Origin: a virus
DNA: 64,000 nucleotides
Reading direction: 5' to 3' (one strand)
IMG/VR virus record: IMGVR_UViG_3300037205_000062
Coordinates: 98,912 to 162,911 of that record
The notes beneath the pieces were generated by a model, which had not been told where the DNA came from, ran no database searches, and saw only the letters and a program-made list of their open reading frames with translations. Every line of letters begins with the position of its first letter. Within the stretch, counting starts at the first letter, position 1. Position numbers and translations under genes: made by a program. Shown here piece by piece: positions 28,583 to 37,657 of the stretch.

Positions 28583-28604
28583 TTTTGTTAAAAGTTTTTA
28601 ATTT

Positions 28605-28678
28605 GCGCTACAAGCATTAAAATGATGCAAAAGGTTCTTACCCTTTAGAACACGGCGTATTACCGTGGTGGCGCACCA
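28605..28678 (+). tRNA. tRNA-Lys(CTT)
   Basis: TTCTTAC loop; T-loop CGTATTA. Confidence 0.85.
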
Positions 28679-28851
28679 ATCTAATTTAGTAACCTCACCA
28701 GCTATCGCGCTTGGTCAAGAAAAAATAATACTTGTGGTGTCGCAAGGAGGCGAAGTAATTTTATGGAAATAAAAACAATAGACAATTTAATTATTGATAC
28801 TCATAAAGAAAACTATATTAACGCAGAAATGATTGAGTTAATGGAAAAATC

Positions 28852-29151
28852 ATGAAAATTAAAACTATCAATGGAGAGACTGTAGATACTGTTAAATTGG
28901 CAGATTTGAAATCTCAATTTATTGAAACAATGGAATCAAATGCCATAGTAGATTTTTCAAAGAAATTTGGTGCGTCATTTTTTTTATTTGGAAGATGTCA
29001 AGATGAAGGTTGGGTAAAATTTAATATACCTAATGAAAAAGAATTCAATTTTTTATTAATGGCGATAAATGAATACGTTGATACACAATCTGGCGGTAAA
29101 TATCATTTGGAAATGGTTCCGAATAATATTGAGCCAACGGAAGAAATATGA
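28852..29151 (+). CDS. Hypothetical protein, paralog of 20235-20561
   Basis: INGETVDTVKLAD...SGGK. Confidence 0.55.
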   Translation: MKIKTINGETVDTVKLADLKSQFIETMESNAIVDFSKKFGASFFLFGRCQDEGWVKFNIPNEKEFNFLLMAINEYVDTQSGGKYHLEMVPNNIEPTEEI

Positions 29152-29379
29152 AATTTTATGTTAAAGCAATTGGTCCGAATAGATATTCTGGTGGAAGTTG
29201 TAATTGGCTATTAATAAGAGAAATAAAAAGAGAAAATGATAGTTTAGTTATAAAAATTAAAACTAAATGGGGTATTAAATATATTTCTTGTAGTTTAGAT
29301 ATGGTAACTCCAAATTTAATTTTTAAGAATGAACTAAATGGATTTGAAAATTTTAAAAATATTTGCGATAAATTTAAAT

Positions 29380-29455
29380 GACTACTAAACTAATCAAGTG
29401 AAAGTGCAATTCTGAAAAAATTGAAAGTCGTGAGCGTTACACGAAGTAGTCACCA
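29380..29455 (+). tRNA. tRNA-Phe(GAA)
   Basis: CAATT-CTGAAAA-AATTG. Confidence 0.85.
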
Positions 29456-29459
29456 GATT

Positions 29460-29552
29460 GGAAGATACACGAATAGTTAGGTTTTCGTAGAAATTTGCTA
29501 AATTTCCGTTCCCGAAAGGGGACTGTCGGGGCGGCACCGACATCTTCCGCCA
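29460..29552 (+). tRNA. tRNA-Ser(GCT)
   Basis: Long variable arm, G73-CCA. Confidence 0.9.
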
Positions 29553-29639
29553 ATAAACAAAAATGAAATATGATTATCAAAATCAAATTTAATTTAAAAG
29601 ATAAAGTGTTAATCAAAGAACGTAAGTGTAATAATCTAC

Positions 29640-30371
29640 ATGGCTCAATGTCGTCAATGTAAAGCGAAACTTAATGCTCATGTAAATTATTGGCATCAGG
29701 AATTGACTCCTACCGATAATCAAAATAGTAGAGAGGATATTTCTAAAGCTTTACCTAGTTGGGCTAGTGAAATGGCCGCATTTTGTAGCGCCAAATGTCT
29801 TTCAAGTTATCTTCAAGGTCAAGGTCAATCTGTAGCCAAATTAGATGGTACGCCTTCTGGGACTGGTATTGTTGATCTTTTGCGCGAACCTTTTAAATAT
29901 ACTAATATAACAAAACAAGAATTGGATAGAAGAGGTTTTAATGCTCTTCAAAATAAAAAAGTAGTTAATGATATAACGGAAGATAGAAAAATAGTCAATC
30001 AAACCTATGACAAAAAAGGCGCAAAAAATGATGGAAATAAGGGGGATTTAAGAAGTCAAGTAGGTTTAGCTACGCCAGAAGAAGACGCCAGCCAAAAACC
30101 AGTTTTTGATAAATTAAAACAACTTAAGGATAAAGAAAATATGGAAACTCAAGCAAAAACAACAAAAACTTGTGATAATTGTAAATGCGTTCTTGATGCT
30201 AAAGAAGATAAAGGGGAAATGATTAAGGCTACACTAAACGACCATTCAACACAAAAAAATAAGCAATATGATCTTTGCAGCGAGGAGTGTCTTCGTCAAA
30301 TGTTAAACGGAAGAAGTAAAAAGAAAAAATCTAAAGCCAGTATTATTGAATTAGATATGTCTATCGAATAA
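29640..30371 (+). CDS. Protein with two TRASH/MYM-like Cys zinc-binding units
   Basis: CRQC...FCSAKC and CDNC...LCSEEC; GTGTAAT promoter. Confidence 0.6.
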   Translation: MAQCRQCKAKLNAHVNYWHQELTPTDNQNSREDISKALPSWASEMAAFCSAKCLSSYLQGQGQSVAKLDGTPSGTGIVDLLREPFKYTNITKQELDRRGFNALQNKKVVNDITEDRKIVNQTYDKKGAKNDGNKGDLRSQVGLATPEEDASQKPVFDKLKQLKDKENMETQAKTTKTCDNCKCVLDAKEDKGEMIKATLNDHSTQKNKQYDLCSEECLRQMLNGRSKKKKSKASIIELDMSIE

Positions 30372-30419
30372 AATTATAAAAATATCTATTTTTTTGTGTA
30401 ATTACTTTTATAATAATTT

Positions 30420-30994
30420 ATGAATACTTCAAATGCTAAACATTGCGTAGCTTGTGATGAATGCGGGGCTAGTCTTGGTGAACTTTATCCTAATGACCAT
30501 AATAATATCTCTGTACAATTGAGTGATATGGGTAAACATCATGCTGGTGATAGCGAAACTGCTTACCATAACCCAGAAAAATCTCTTAGTTCTAAAAAAA
30601 CATTTCATTTTTGTGATGAAAGTTGTATGGCTTCCAATCTAAATAAGCGCGCCAAAGCTAAAGCTAAGATGTCTAAGATGTCTAAGGCGAATGTTGTTGA
30701 TTATCAAGGTAATATAGAAGTAGATATGACTGATTACCTAAAAAAAAAGAGTTTGAGTTAAGCGAAGCGGCCTATATATCAACTCATGAAAGAAGTAAGT
30801 TGGGTGAGGAACATTTTTTAGACAAAAAGCGTCGTTCTTTTCCCATTAGACCAGGTCATGAATGTACTGATTTGAACGCTGCACTTCATAGAATTGGAAC
30901 ATATAAAGGTGAATTAAGTCACGAAGAACTTCATAGTAAAATTTTAAGTCGTATGAAATCTCATGGCTGCCCTTTACCCAAAAGCGATAAATAA
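30420..30994 (+). CDS. TRASH-like zinc protein probably joined by -1 frameshift (A9G at 30740-30749) to downstream domain
   Basis: Frame 0 ends at 30761; -1 frame open from the A-run to 30994 with no ATG before the domain. Confidence 0.5.
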
Positions 30995-31009
30995 ACATTT
31001 TATAAAATT

Positions 31010-31312
31010 ATGAAAAAAACTCTATTTACTACGGTATCTTTAATGGCGTTAACTGTTTGTGCTTTCGGACAAACAAATAACATCACGCCCGTGATTGTAA
31101 CCGACTTTCCATCTGCTATTAGCGCCGCATTTCATTTTGTTAACATAAACGTTAATCCAACCTTACTAATTTTAGTTCTACACTTGTTAGGTAAATATTA
31201 TACTAATTATCATCTTGCTGATAAATTTTCTCACGAAATTAATTGGTTTGGTAAACTTGCTAGTGTAGTTGCTTTAATTCCTATTAAACAAATATCCCCA
31301 TCATCTAAGTAA
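31010..31312 (+). CDS. Secreted/membrane protein
   Basis: Signal peptide MKKTLF...AFG, hydrophobic segments. Confidence 0.55.
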   Translation: MKKTLFTTVSLMALTVCAFGQTNNITPVIVTDFPSAISAAFHFVNINVNPTLLILVLHLLGKYYTNYHLADKFSHEINWFGKLASVVALIPIKQISPSSK

Positions 31313-31600
31313 TTGTATATATGTCATATACTACTGGTACATTACCATATTTAGAAAGTAGAATGCATCAGCTATCTCAAAATAGTGGAGATTTAAATAG
31401 TTATGCGTTAGAAGCTCAAAATAATTATACATTAACTCCATCGCATGCTGATAAATTAAACAAAGAATTTCATAAAATAATGTTATCAGTTCATAATGTA
31501 GTCGAAACTGGAAAACACTTTTAAAATTTAAGCCATCCGAAAGGGTGGTGACGATTACATAAACGATAATCCTCAAGGGTTGTCGCTTTTTCTCATTGTT

Positions 31601-31669
31601 GCCAGTGACGTTAAGAACGACCAAATCTTCATAAGATTTAGGGAGACGGGGCAGAACCGACCATTGGCA
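31601..31669 (+). tRNA. Degenerate tRNA(CAT) (Met or Ile2), no CCA
   Basis: GCCAGTG/CATTGGC, AAATC-TTCATAA-GATTT, 3-nt D-loop. Confidence 0.6.
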
Positions 31670-31673
31670 GTAT

Positions 31674-31768
31674 TTTACATAGTGACAAACGAAGATGCTA
31701 CCTACCATTATTGTAAGTCGTTTAAGTACGTTGATATTGGTTAGAACGGTGTGCAATTTCTATGTAAA
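31674..31768 (+). ncRNA. Unknown structured RNA
   Basis: TTTACATAG/CTATGTAAA closing stem; AAACGA/TCGTTT. Confidence 0.4.
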
Positions 31769-31772
31769 TAAT

Positions 31773-31845
31773 GGGGTTATAGAATAATAGTTAATTCGCT
31801 AATTTCTCGAATTAGTTATCGTGAGTGCGATTCTCCGTAACCCTT
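31773..31845 (+). tRNA. tRNA-Glu(CTC), copy 1 (bulged T-stem, no CCA)
   Basis: CTAAT-TTCTCGA-ATTAG. Confidence 0.7.
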
Positions 31846-31847
31846 CT

Positions 31848-31932
31848 TGCGCAATGGCGTAATTACAAGCCGCGCCAGTTTCAAACTCTGGTGTTGAAAA
31901 ACGTGTGGGTGGAAGTCCCTCTTGCGCAACCA
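31848..31932 (+). tRNA. tRNA-Leu(CAA), copy 1
   Basis: Class II; C19-G56. Confidence 0.8.
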
Positions 31933-32243
31933 ATTTCTTCTTGACAATATTCTAAAGATAGCATAATATTTGTTATGCCTTACATTAAACCAGAAAATAG
32001 AAACAAATATACAAGTTCAATCAATAATTTAGTTAATTTGTTGACTAATGATGGTTGCGAAGCTGACGTAGGAGAAATTAACTACGTTATCTCTTCTGTT
32101 ATTTGGAAGTTATTTAAAAATAAACGTAGATATAAAACTGGTAATGATTTAATGGGCGTTTTGGAATGCGTTAAACAGGAATTTTATAGACGGCAATTGG
32201 CCGAACTAGAAAATGAAAAAATTAAAGAAAATGGAGATATTTT

Positions 32244-32762
32244 ATGAAGGTAATTAATCTTTTCGCAGAAGCGGGAGCGGGTAAATCTACTACTGCTGCT
32301 GGTCTATTTTTCTTAATGAAGTGTGCGGGCTACCATGTTGAATTAGCAACTGAATATGCTAAAGATTTAGTACATGAAGAACGTACAAAAACTTTTAATG
32401 ATCAGTTGTATATTACTGCAAAACAAAATCACAAACTATTTTTATTAAATAATAAATATGATTATGCCATTACTGATTCTCCATTGTTATTGGGCTTAGT
32501 TTATAGACAAGATGATTGTGTATCATATTTTGATGATTTAGTATTTCAATTATTTAATTCATATGAGAATGTAAATATTCTTTTAACTCGATCAAAACCT
32601 TATAAACAAATTGGCAGAAATCAAACAGAAGAGGAATCTAAAAAAATCAGAGAAAATATACTTCAAATGTTAAATTATTATAATTTGGATTATTATTCAG
32701 TTGTAGCTGACGATAAAGCGCCACATGAAATTTTTTACAGATTAAAACTTGACAAATTTTAA
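32244..32762 (+). CDS. P-loop kinase/ATPase (AAA_28, NadR-like)
   Basis: INLFAEAGAGKST, EYAK, ITDSP, GRNQ. Confidence 0.75.
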   Translation: MKVINLFAEAGAGKSTTAAGLFFLMKCAGYHVELATEYAKDLVHEERTKTFNDQLYITAKQNHKLFLLNNKYDYAITDSPLLLGLVYRQDDCVSYFDDLVFQLFNSYENVNILLTRSKPYKQIGRNQTEEESKKIRENILQMLNYYNLDYYSVVADDKAPHEIFYRLKLDKF

Positions 32763-33048
32763 AACCTATTTTACATTTGATTATTAATAAATAATTTATG
32801 AATTTTGATCAATGGTATTTCAATTTTGATGAAACTAACAGGGTGGCAACGGCGCAAGATGGTTGGAATGCCTGTAAAAAAGAAATTATTAAAATAATAG
32901 CCAAACACGAAAAGGAGACTTATTGGATTACTTTAGATTGGAAAGAACAAGATTGGATTAAAAAAATAAAAGAGTTGTGAAAAAAGATTCTTTTTATTAC
33001 GATGGTAGATAAGTTTACTTAACTGGCGAAAGCCAAGAAAGGAGAATA

Positions 33049-33453
33049 ATGGAAAAATATTATGAATGTATTGGAATAGTAAATTATTCTGATAAAGATG
33101 GTTGGATAACTATGACCCTTCCCCAATCTTTATCTAATTATTATTCTTGGTGGGTTAAGAGATTTATTTGGAAAGGTGTTTCTACTCCGCTATACGGTTG
33201 TCATTGCACCATTTTACCAGCAAAACACAACGGAGATTTTCGCAAACATTCAGCGTGGAAAAAACATCAAGGAGAAAAAGTAAAAGTAATATATGAGTCT
33301 AAAATATATACTGATAATGATTGGTTTTTTATGGGGCGCTATTTTTGGTTGAGAATCCAAACAGATATTGTTGGGCAAATAAGAGGAGAATTTGGTTTGC
33401 CAAAAGAATTATATTGGCCGTTGCACGCTACTATTGGTTATTGTCAACAATGA
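33049..33453 (+). CDS. 2H phosphoesterase-like protein
   Basis: Two HxT motifs (HCTI, HATIG) about 75 aa apart. Confidence 0.6.
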   Translation: MEKYYECIGIVNYSDKDGWITMTLPQSLSNYYSWWVKRFIWKGVSTPLYGCHCTILPAKHNGDFRKHSAWKKHQGEKVKVIYESKIYTDNDWFFMGRYFWLRIQTDIVGQIRGEFGLPKELYWPLHATIGYCQQ

Positions 33454-33744
33454 TAAATTGTATATTTGTATTATGAAAGAAATTAAAATTCCCATGAATG
33501 ATTATATAGAAAGACAAAAAGATATAAATTTTCTGTTAAGCTTTTCGTGTGATATTATAGCAAGTTATTCTTTATTAAAAGATTATGATGTTAGACATGT
33601 GGCTTGGGCGATAGATAGATTATTTGGTTATAATCCATCGCTAGAAGAACAAAAAGAAATTTGTAAACCCAATAAAAATGTAAAAGTCCCCAAATATGAT
33701 TTACTGACAGAGGGTTATGACCCTAATAAATTGCCAAAATAAAT

Positions 33745-33831
33745 GCTTATATGGCGAAATAGAAAACGCATAACGTCGAGAGCGTTACACCCGTAAGGGG
33801 TTTGCAAGTGCAAGTCTTGCTATAAGCACCA
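33745..33831 (+). tRNA. tRNA-Leu(GAG), C33
   Basis: TAACG-TCGAGAG-CGTTA, long variable arm. Confidence 0.85.
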
Positions 33832-33880
33832 TTTGCAAAGAATGTTGGGAAAAAGATTTTAAAGATTTAGAATAAATATT

Positions 33881-33956
33881 GGGGTTATCGTCTAATTAGA
33901 TAGGACTAGAGTTTCTCGAACTTTGAATTTGGTTGCAAATACCAATAACCCCTCCA
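33881..33956 (+). tRNA. tRNA-Glu(CTC), copy 2
   Basis: AGAGT-TTCTCGA-ACTTT, CCA. Confidence 0.85.
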
Positions 33957-33959
33957 AAT

Positions 33960-34044
33960 AGCCAAATGGCGTAATTACAAGCCGCGCTAAACTCAAAATT
34001 TAGTGTCGAAAGACGTGAGAGTGGAAATCTCTCTTTGGCTACCA
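33960..34044 (+). tRNA. tRNA-Leu(CAA), copy 2
   Basis: CTAAA-CTCAAAA-TTTAG. Confidence 0.88.
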
Positions 34045-34049
34045 TTTAT

Positions 34050-34559
34050 ATGTCTTTTCAATCTGCTACCCCTCAAGGCCCAAATAATACTATGACAGAT
34101 GTTTGGATTACTCCTCAATGGATTATAGATAAAATTGGCGTATCTGACCTTGATCCTTGCGGATGGTTGCCAAATGGAACCCCTATAATTCAAACCGCTT
34201 ACAATTATTTTACAGAAAAAGATAATGGATTAATACAAGATTGGTCAAAATATAAAAGTGTTTTTGTTAATTTTCCTTATTCACAAAGTTATGAATGGCT
34301 TGAAAAATGTAAAATAGAATCAAATAAAGGATGCGAAATTATAGTTTTGTGTTTTGTCAGATCAGAGACTCGTGCTTGGCAACAAAATATTAAAAATGCC
34401 ACGGGTATTAATTTAATAAATAAAAGAATTAAATTTTTAACTCACGAAGGGATAGAAAAGGGAAATGGAAATTGCCCAAGTTGTTTGATAGCATGGGGAG
34501 AAAACTCCTTTAATAGAATTAAAAAAGTTGATGGGATTTATTTAAAACTTGACAAATAA
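34050..34559 (+). CDS. Phage DNA N6-adenine methyltransferase
   Basis: W.TP, DLDPC, DNGL..DW, VFVNFPYS, RSET..W. Confidence 0.8.
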   Translation: MSFQSATPQGPNNTMTDVWITPQWIIDKIGVSDLDPCGWLPNGTPIIQTAYNYFTEKDNGLIQDWSKYKSVFVNFPYSQSYEWLEKCKIESNKGCEIIVLCFVRSETRAWQQNIKNATGINLINKRIKFLTHEGIEKGNGNCPSCLIAWGENSFNRIKKVDGIYLKLDK

Positions 34560-34562
34560 TAA

Positions 34563-34832
34563 TTTGCTTCTAAAACAGCTATTAGAGATAGTATTAAATA
34601 TCCTTGGCGCGTAGATTGGAATAAAGAATTATCTATGAAAGTTATGCGTTATGCTTTAGACTATAAATTTAAAAAAGGTACAGATTGGTATAGAAAGTTA
34701 AAATTAACTGAAAATTGGGAAATAATAGAGTGGAATAATTGGCATGATGTTTGGTGGGGTAAAGATATTAAAACGCGTAAAGGCGAAAATCATCTTGGAA
34801 AGATATTAATGGAAATAAGAGATAAGACTTGA
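34563..34832 (+). pseudogene. N-terminally truncated NADAR-family gene
   Basis: R.DW...MKVM...L..KF, E.NNWHDVWWG, GENHLGKILMEIR. Confidence 0.65.
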
Positions 34833-35035
34833 ACGGCTTGATAATAATGAAAAAAATTCCAATTAAAGATTGTAATGGAAAAATGATTTATGAAGGTGAT
34901 TTAGTTGAAATAGACGGTAAAATTCACAAAGCTTTATTTTTTAATGAGAATGATTTTTGGTTCTATAAAGATGGCGCTGGATGGATTTATGACTTGGGAA
35001 AATATAAAATAAAATTATGGGGCAAGTCTTTATAA
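34829..35035 (+). CDS. YopX-like protein
   Basis: KDCNGKMIYEGD. Confidence 0.55.
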   Translation: MNGLIIMKKIPIKDCNGKMIYEGDLVEIDGKIHKALFFNENDFWFYKDGAGWIYDLGKYKIKLWGKSL

Positions 35036-35046
35036 ATTAAAAAATT

Positions 35047-35325
35047 ATGACAACCGTAGTGAATATTAAGAATGGTAATAAATATGATGTTTATTGTGGA
35101 CGAGGCAGTATATTTGGAAATCCATATGAAATAGGGAAAGATGGAACAAGAGAACAAGTCATAGAACGTTATAAAATTTGGTTTAATTTCTTATTAAAAG
35201 ATAAATTTTTTGTAAACGAATTATTAAAACTTAATGGTAGAACTTTGGGCTGTTTTTGCGTGCCACAAAAATGTCATTGTGAAATAATAAAGGAATGGCT
35301 TGACAATCCCAAAAACTTTAAATAG
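35047..35325 (+). CDS. DUF4326-family protein
   Basis: DVYCGRGSIFGNPY, LGCFC.P..CH. Confidence 0.8.
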   Translation: MTTVVNIKNGNKYDVYCGRGSIFGNPYEIGKDGTREQVIERYKIWFNFLLKDKFFVNELLKLNGRTLGCFCVPQKCHCEIIKEWLDNPKNFK

Positions 35326-35988
35326 TATATAAATATGACCTATGCTTTTAGAAAATGGTGATTATTATTGGCAGGGAAACGAGGAAGAATGCAATGATTG
35401 TCATGAAAAATATCCTATGATGTGGATGATAATGTGTGATTTTGGTATAATAAGATGTTTTGATTGTTGGCAAAAAAACGAAGAGTATGAAAGAAAAAAA
35501 ATTTAAAATACTTAAGTATTATAAAACTTTTCGAGAGTGGTCAAACGAAGGATATAGTATAAACAAGGGAAGCAAGGCGACGTGGGTAAATAATATACCA
35601 AAATTCAGTCGCTCGCAGGTTACTAAAAGATTTAGTAATAGTAGACGTTATTCTATTTGGGAAAATTATGATCCGCGAGATGGTGATGCGGATTTTGAAA
35701 ATGGTTATAGTGACGAAGAAATGGGTTTTGATATAAATGATTTTGGAGATAATTAAAATATGAAAAAGAAATTTTATAAAACAGTTCCATGCGATTGTAA
35801 TGAATGTAAATCGTCTCGTTCTATTGGTGGAAATTCTGGTACTAAAAAAATAGAAGTTAAACCACATTCTTGTTTCGAGAATTCGCGAGTTACCAAATGC
35901 GATGGGGGAGCAAAAGATGAACGCACTTGTAATATATGTGGGAAAGTTTGGGAATGTTCTTGTAATTTTGATGATGATTTTGATTAAT

Positions 35989-36064
35989 GGTGTCGTGGTC
36001 GAGTAGCTAAGACAGCGGATTGCAAACCCGTTATTCCTTGGTGCAAATCCAAGCGATACCTCCA
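35989..36064 (+). tRNA. tRNA-Cys(GCA)
   Basis: U73-CCA. Confidence 0.9.
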
Positions 36065-36190
36065 TTTTAAGTACGATTTTATTAAATTGAATAGTGTAAG
36101 TATTATTGATGGATTGGCCCGCAATAATTACTTTCATAATAATAGCAACAATTTTAATTGGTTGGTCTATTTTTATTTTGAAATGATAAT

Positions 36191-36266
36191 GGGCATATAA
36201 CTCAAATAGATAGAGTCCTCCCTTCTAAGGAGCGAGATTCGGGTGCAATTCCTGATATGCCTACCA
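36191..36266 (+). tRNA. tRNA-Arg(TCT)
   Basis: CTTCTAA loop, AGATA D-loop. Confidence 0.88.
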
Positions 36267-36394
36267 TTTGTAACATGACACAAAAAGAAAAAAATGCTTT
36301 ATTAAAGATTGTAAAGGAACTGGAAAAACTTAAATAACGAGACAACTTTAATGTTGGTTTCACGCTATTAGCGTGAATGTGTAATAATTAGTGT

Positions 36395-36733
36395 ATGATT
36401 TCCTTAATCAAACACTATTATCACAAGTTAACTAAAAAAATTAGCGAGCCAAAACGTTCTGACAAATGGCCAACAGTTAGAAAACATCATTTAGAAAAAG
36501 AAGGTTGGTGTAAATTTTGTGGTGGGACAGAAGGTTTACAAGTACATCATTGCGAACCGTTTCATATTGATCCTGCAAAAGAATTAGACCCAACAAATTT
36601 AATTACATTATGTGAATTAATGGACAAAGAATGTCATTTACATATAGGACATTTAGGTAATTGGAAAAACTTTAATCCAAAAGTAAGAGAACAAGCTAAT
36701 TCTCCTAAAGTTGGGACGCCAGCTTCTAAATAA
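36395..36733 (+). CDS. HNH endonuclease
   Basis: CKFCG...VHH...NLITLC...CH; GTGTAAT promoter. Confidence 0.8.
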   Translation: MISLIKHYYHKLTKKISEPKRSDKWPTVRKHHLEKEGWCKFCGGTEGLQVHHCEPFHIDPAKELDPTNLITLCELMDKECHLHIGHLGNWKNFNPKVREQANSPKVGTPASK

Positions 36734-36743
36734 TTTATTATTT

Positions 36744-36820
36744 GTTCGTATATCGGTCTAGCTTCCTAAGCCTGATACCGTAGATAGATAAGGTGGGTGC
36801 AAATCCCTCTGCGAACTCCA
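36744..36820 (+). tRNA. Rewired tRNA-Arg(CCT): D-loop-like segment 3' of anticodon arm
   Basis: GTTCGTA/TGCGAAC-T-CCA; TTCCTAA loop; TAGATAGATA before T-arm. Confidence 0.65.
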
Positions 36821-36894
36821 TGCTCTATGGTGTAGTAGGAACACGTTTGACTCTGAATCAAATATCTTGGGTGCAAATCCTAATAGAGCAACCA
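36821..36894 (+). tRNA. tRNA-Gln(CTG)
   Basis: CTCTGAA loop, U1-A72. Confidence 0.9.
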
Positions 36895-36921
36895 AAATAG
36901 TTAATAGAAGATAGATTGTAT

Positions 36922-36995
36922 GCCTTGTTAGTTTAACAGAAAAACGTATCATCGGTAATGATAAAACGTAAGGGCAGCACTTACACTTGGCTCCA
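36922..36995 (+). tRNA. tRNA-Thr(GGT), C33, two U-U mismatches in acceptor
   Basis: TATCA-TCGGTAA-TGATA. Confidence 0.8.
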
Positions 36996-37260
36996 TTTAT
37001 GGAAAAATGTAAAATTTGTGATGGTCTTGGTTGGTATGGTCAATTGGTTCATTCTAATTTACCTTGGGAAGCTGAACAAGTACAATGTAGAGACTGTTTG
37101 GGAACAGGATACGAAAACAATGCCCAACAAGAACCTCTTAAAGAAATTATTATTGAAAATTTGCCTTGCGTAAGAACCTAGTTCTATTTCGTAAATAGAC
37201 GTGATACCTGCAATGGTATGCTTGGCTCAATTGTTAGAACGGTAATATAATCGGCGGACT

Positions 37261-37295
37261 ACCCCGTATCATCGAAAGATGGTATGGGGTTTTTT
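37261..37295 (+). terminator. Intrinsic terminator ending tRNA region
   Basis: ACCCCGTATCATC-GAAA-GATGGTATGGGGT plus T-tract. Confidence 0.8.
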
Positions 37296-37657
37296 ATTTA
37301 TTGACATTAAAATAAAAGTGTAATAAATTTAATAATAATAAATTCATTTAATATGAAAGAACCATGGGAAGATAGCCCTTGGTATAAAGAATGGTTAGAA
37401 TTGGCCCATAATAAGCCAAAACAACCTGAAATTGGTTATTGGTATTGGGACAGTGTAAATAAATGTTGGAAATTTCAAAACTAGATAAATAATAAATATG
37501 AGTTGTGTAAAAGTAGAATGTAGTAATGCTTTGTTATGGATATGGGCGTTATGCTTGTTTGGTGGAATGATTTTAGTTCTATCTATGGGCATAGAAGACG
37601 GCTGTCATCTTTTAAAAGATTACTTGACAAATAAATAAAACTAACCTATTATTGATT

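Noticed and set aside
31530-31592. T-box element (AGGGTGGTGAC before a hairpin and T-tract)
   Set aside because: The bulge consensus TGGNACC is not met, there is no stem I, and the sequence is paired in a GAAA hairpin.
36191-36266. Amber suppressor (CTA)
   Set aside because: The stem register gives TCT, and the D-loop is Arg-type.
23987-37173. Tracked ORFs overlapping tRNAs (e.g. 23987-24226, 26242-26475, 27412-27696, 27654-27956, 31331-31756, 35541-36137, 36758-36952)
   Set aside because: Shadow frames across RNA genes or antisense to real genes.
24236-37260. Theta/HDV-like or hammerhead ribozymes after tRNAs
   Set aside because: I found no complete P1-P2-P3/L3-P1.1-J4/2 fold or CTGAnGA...GAAA core by eye; a model search could still find one.
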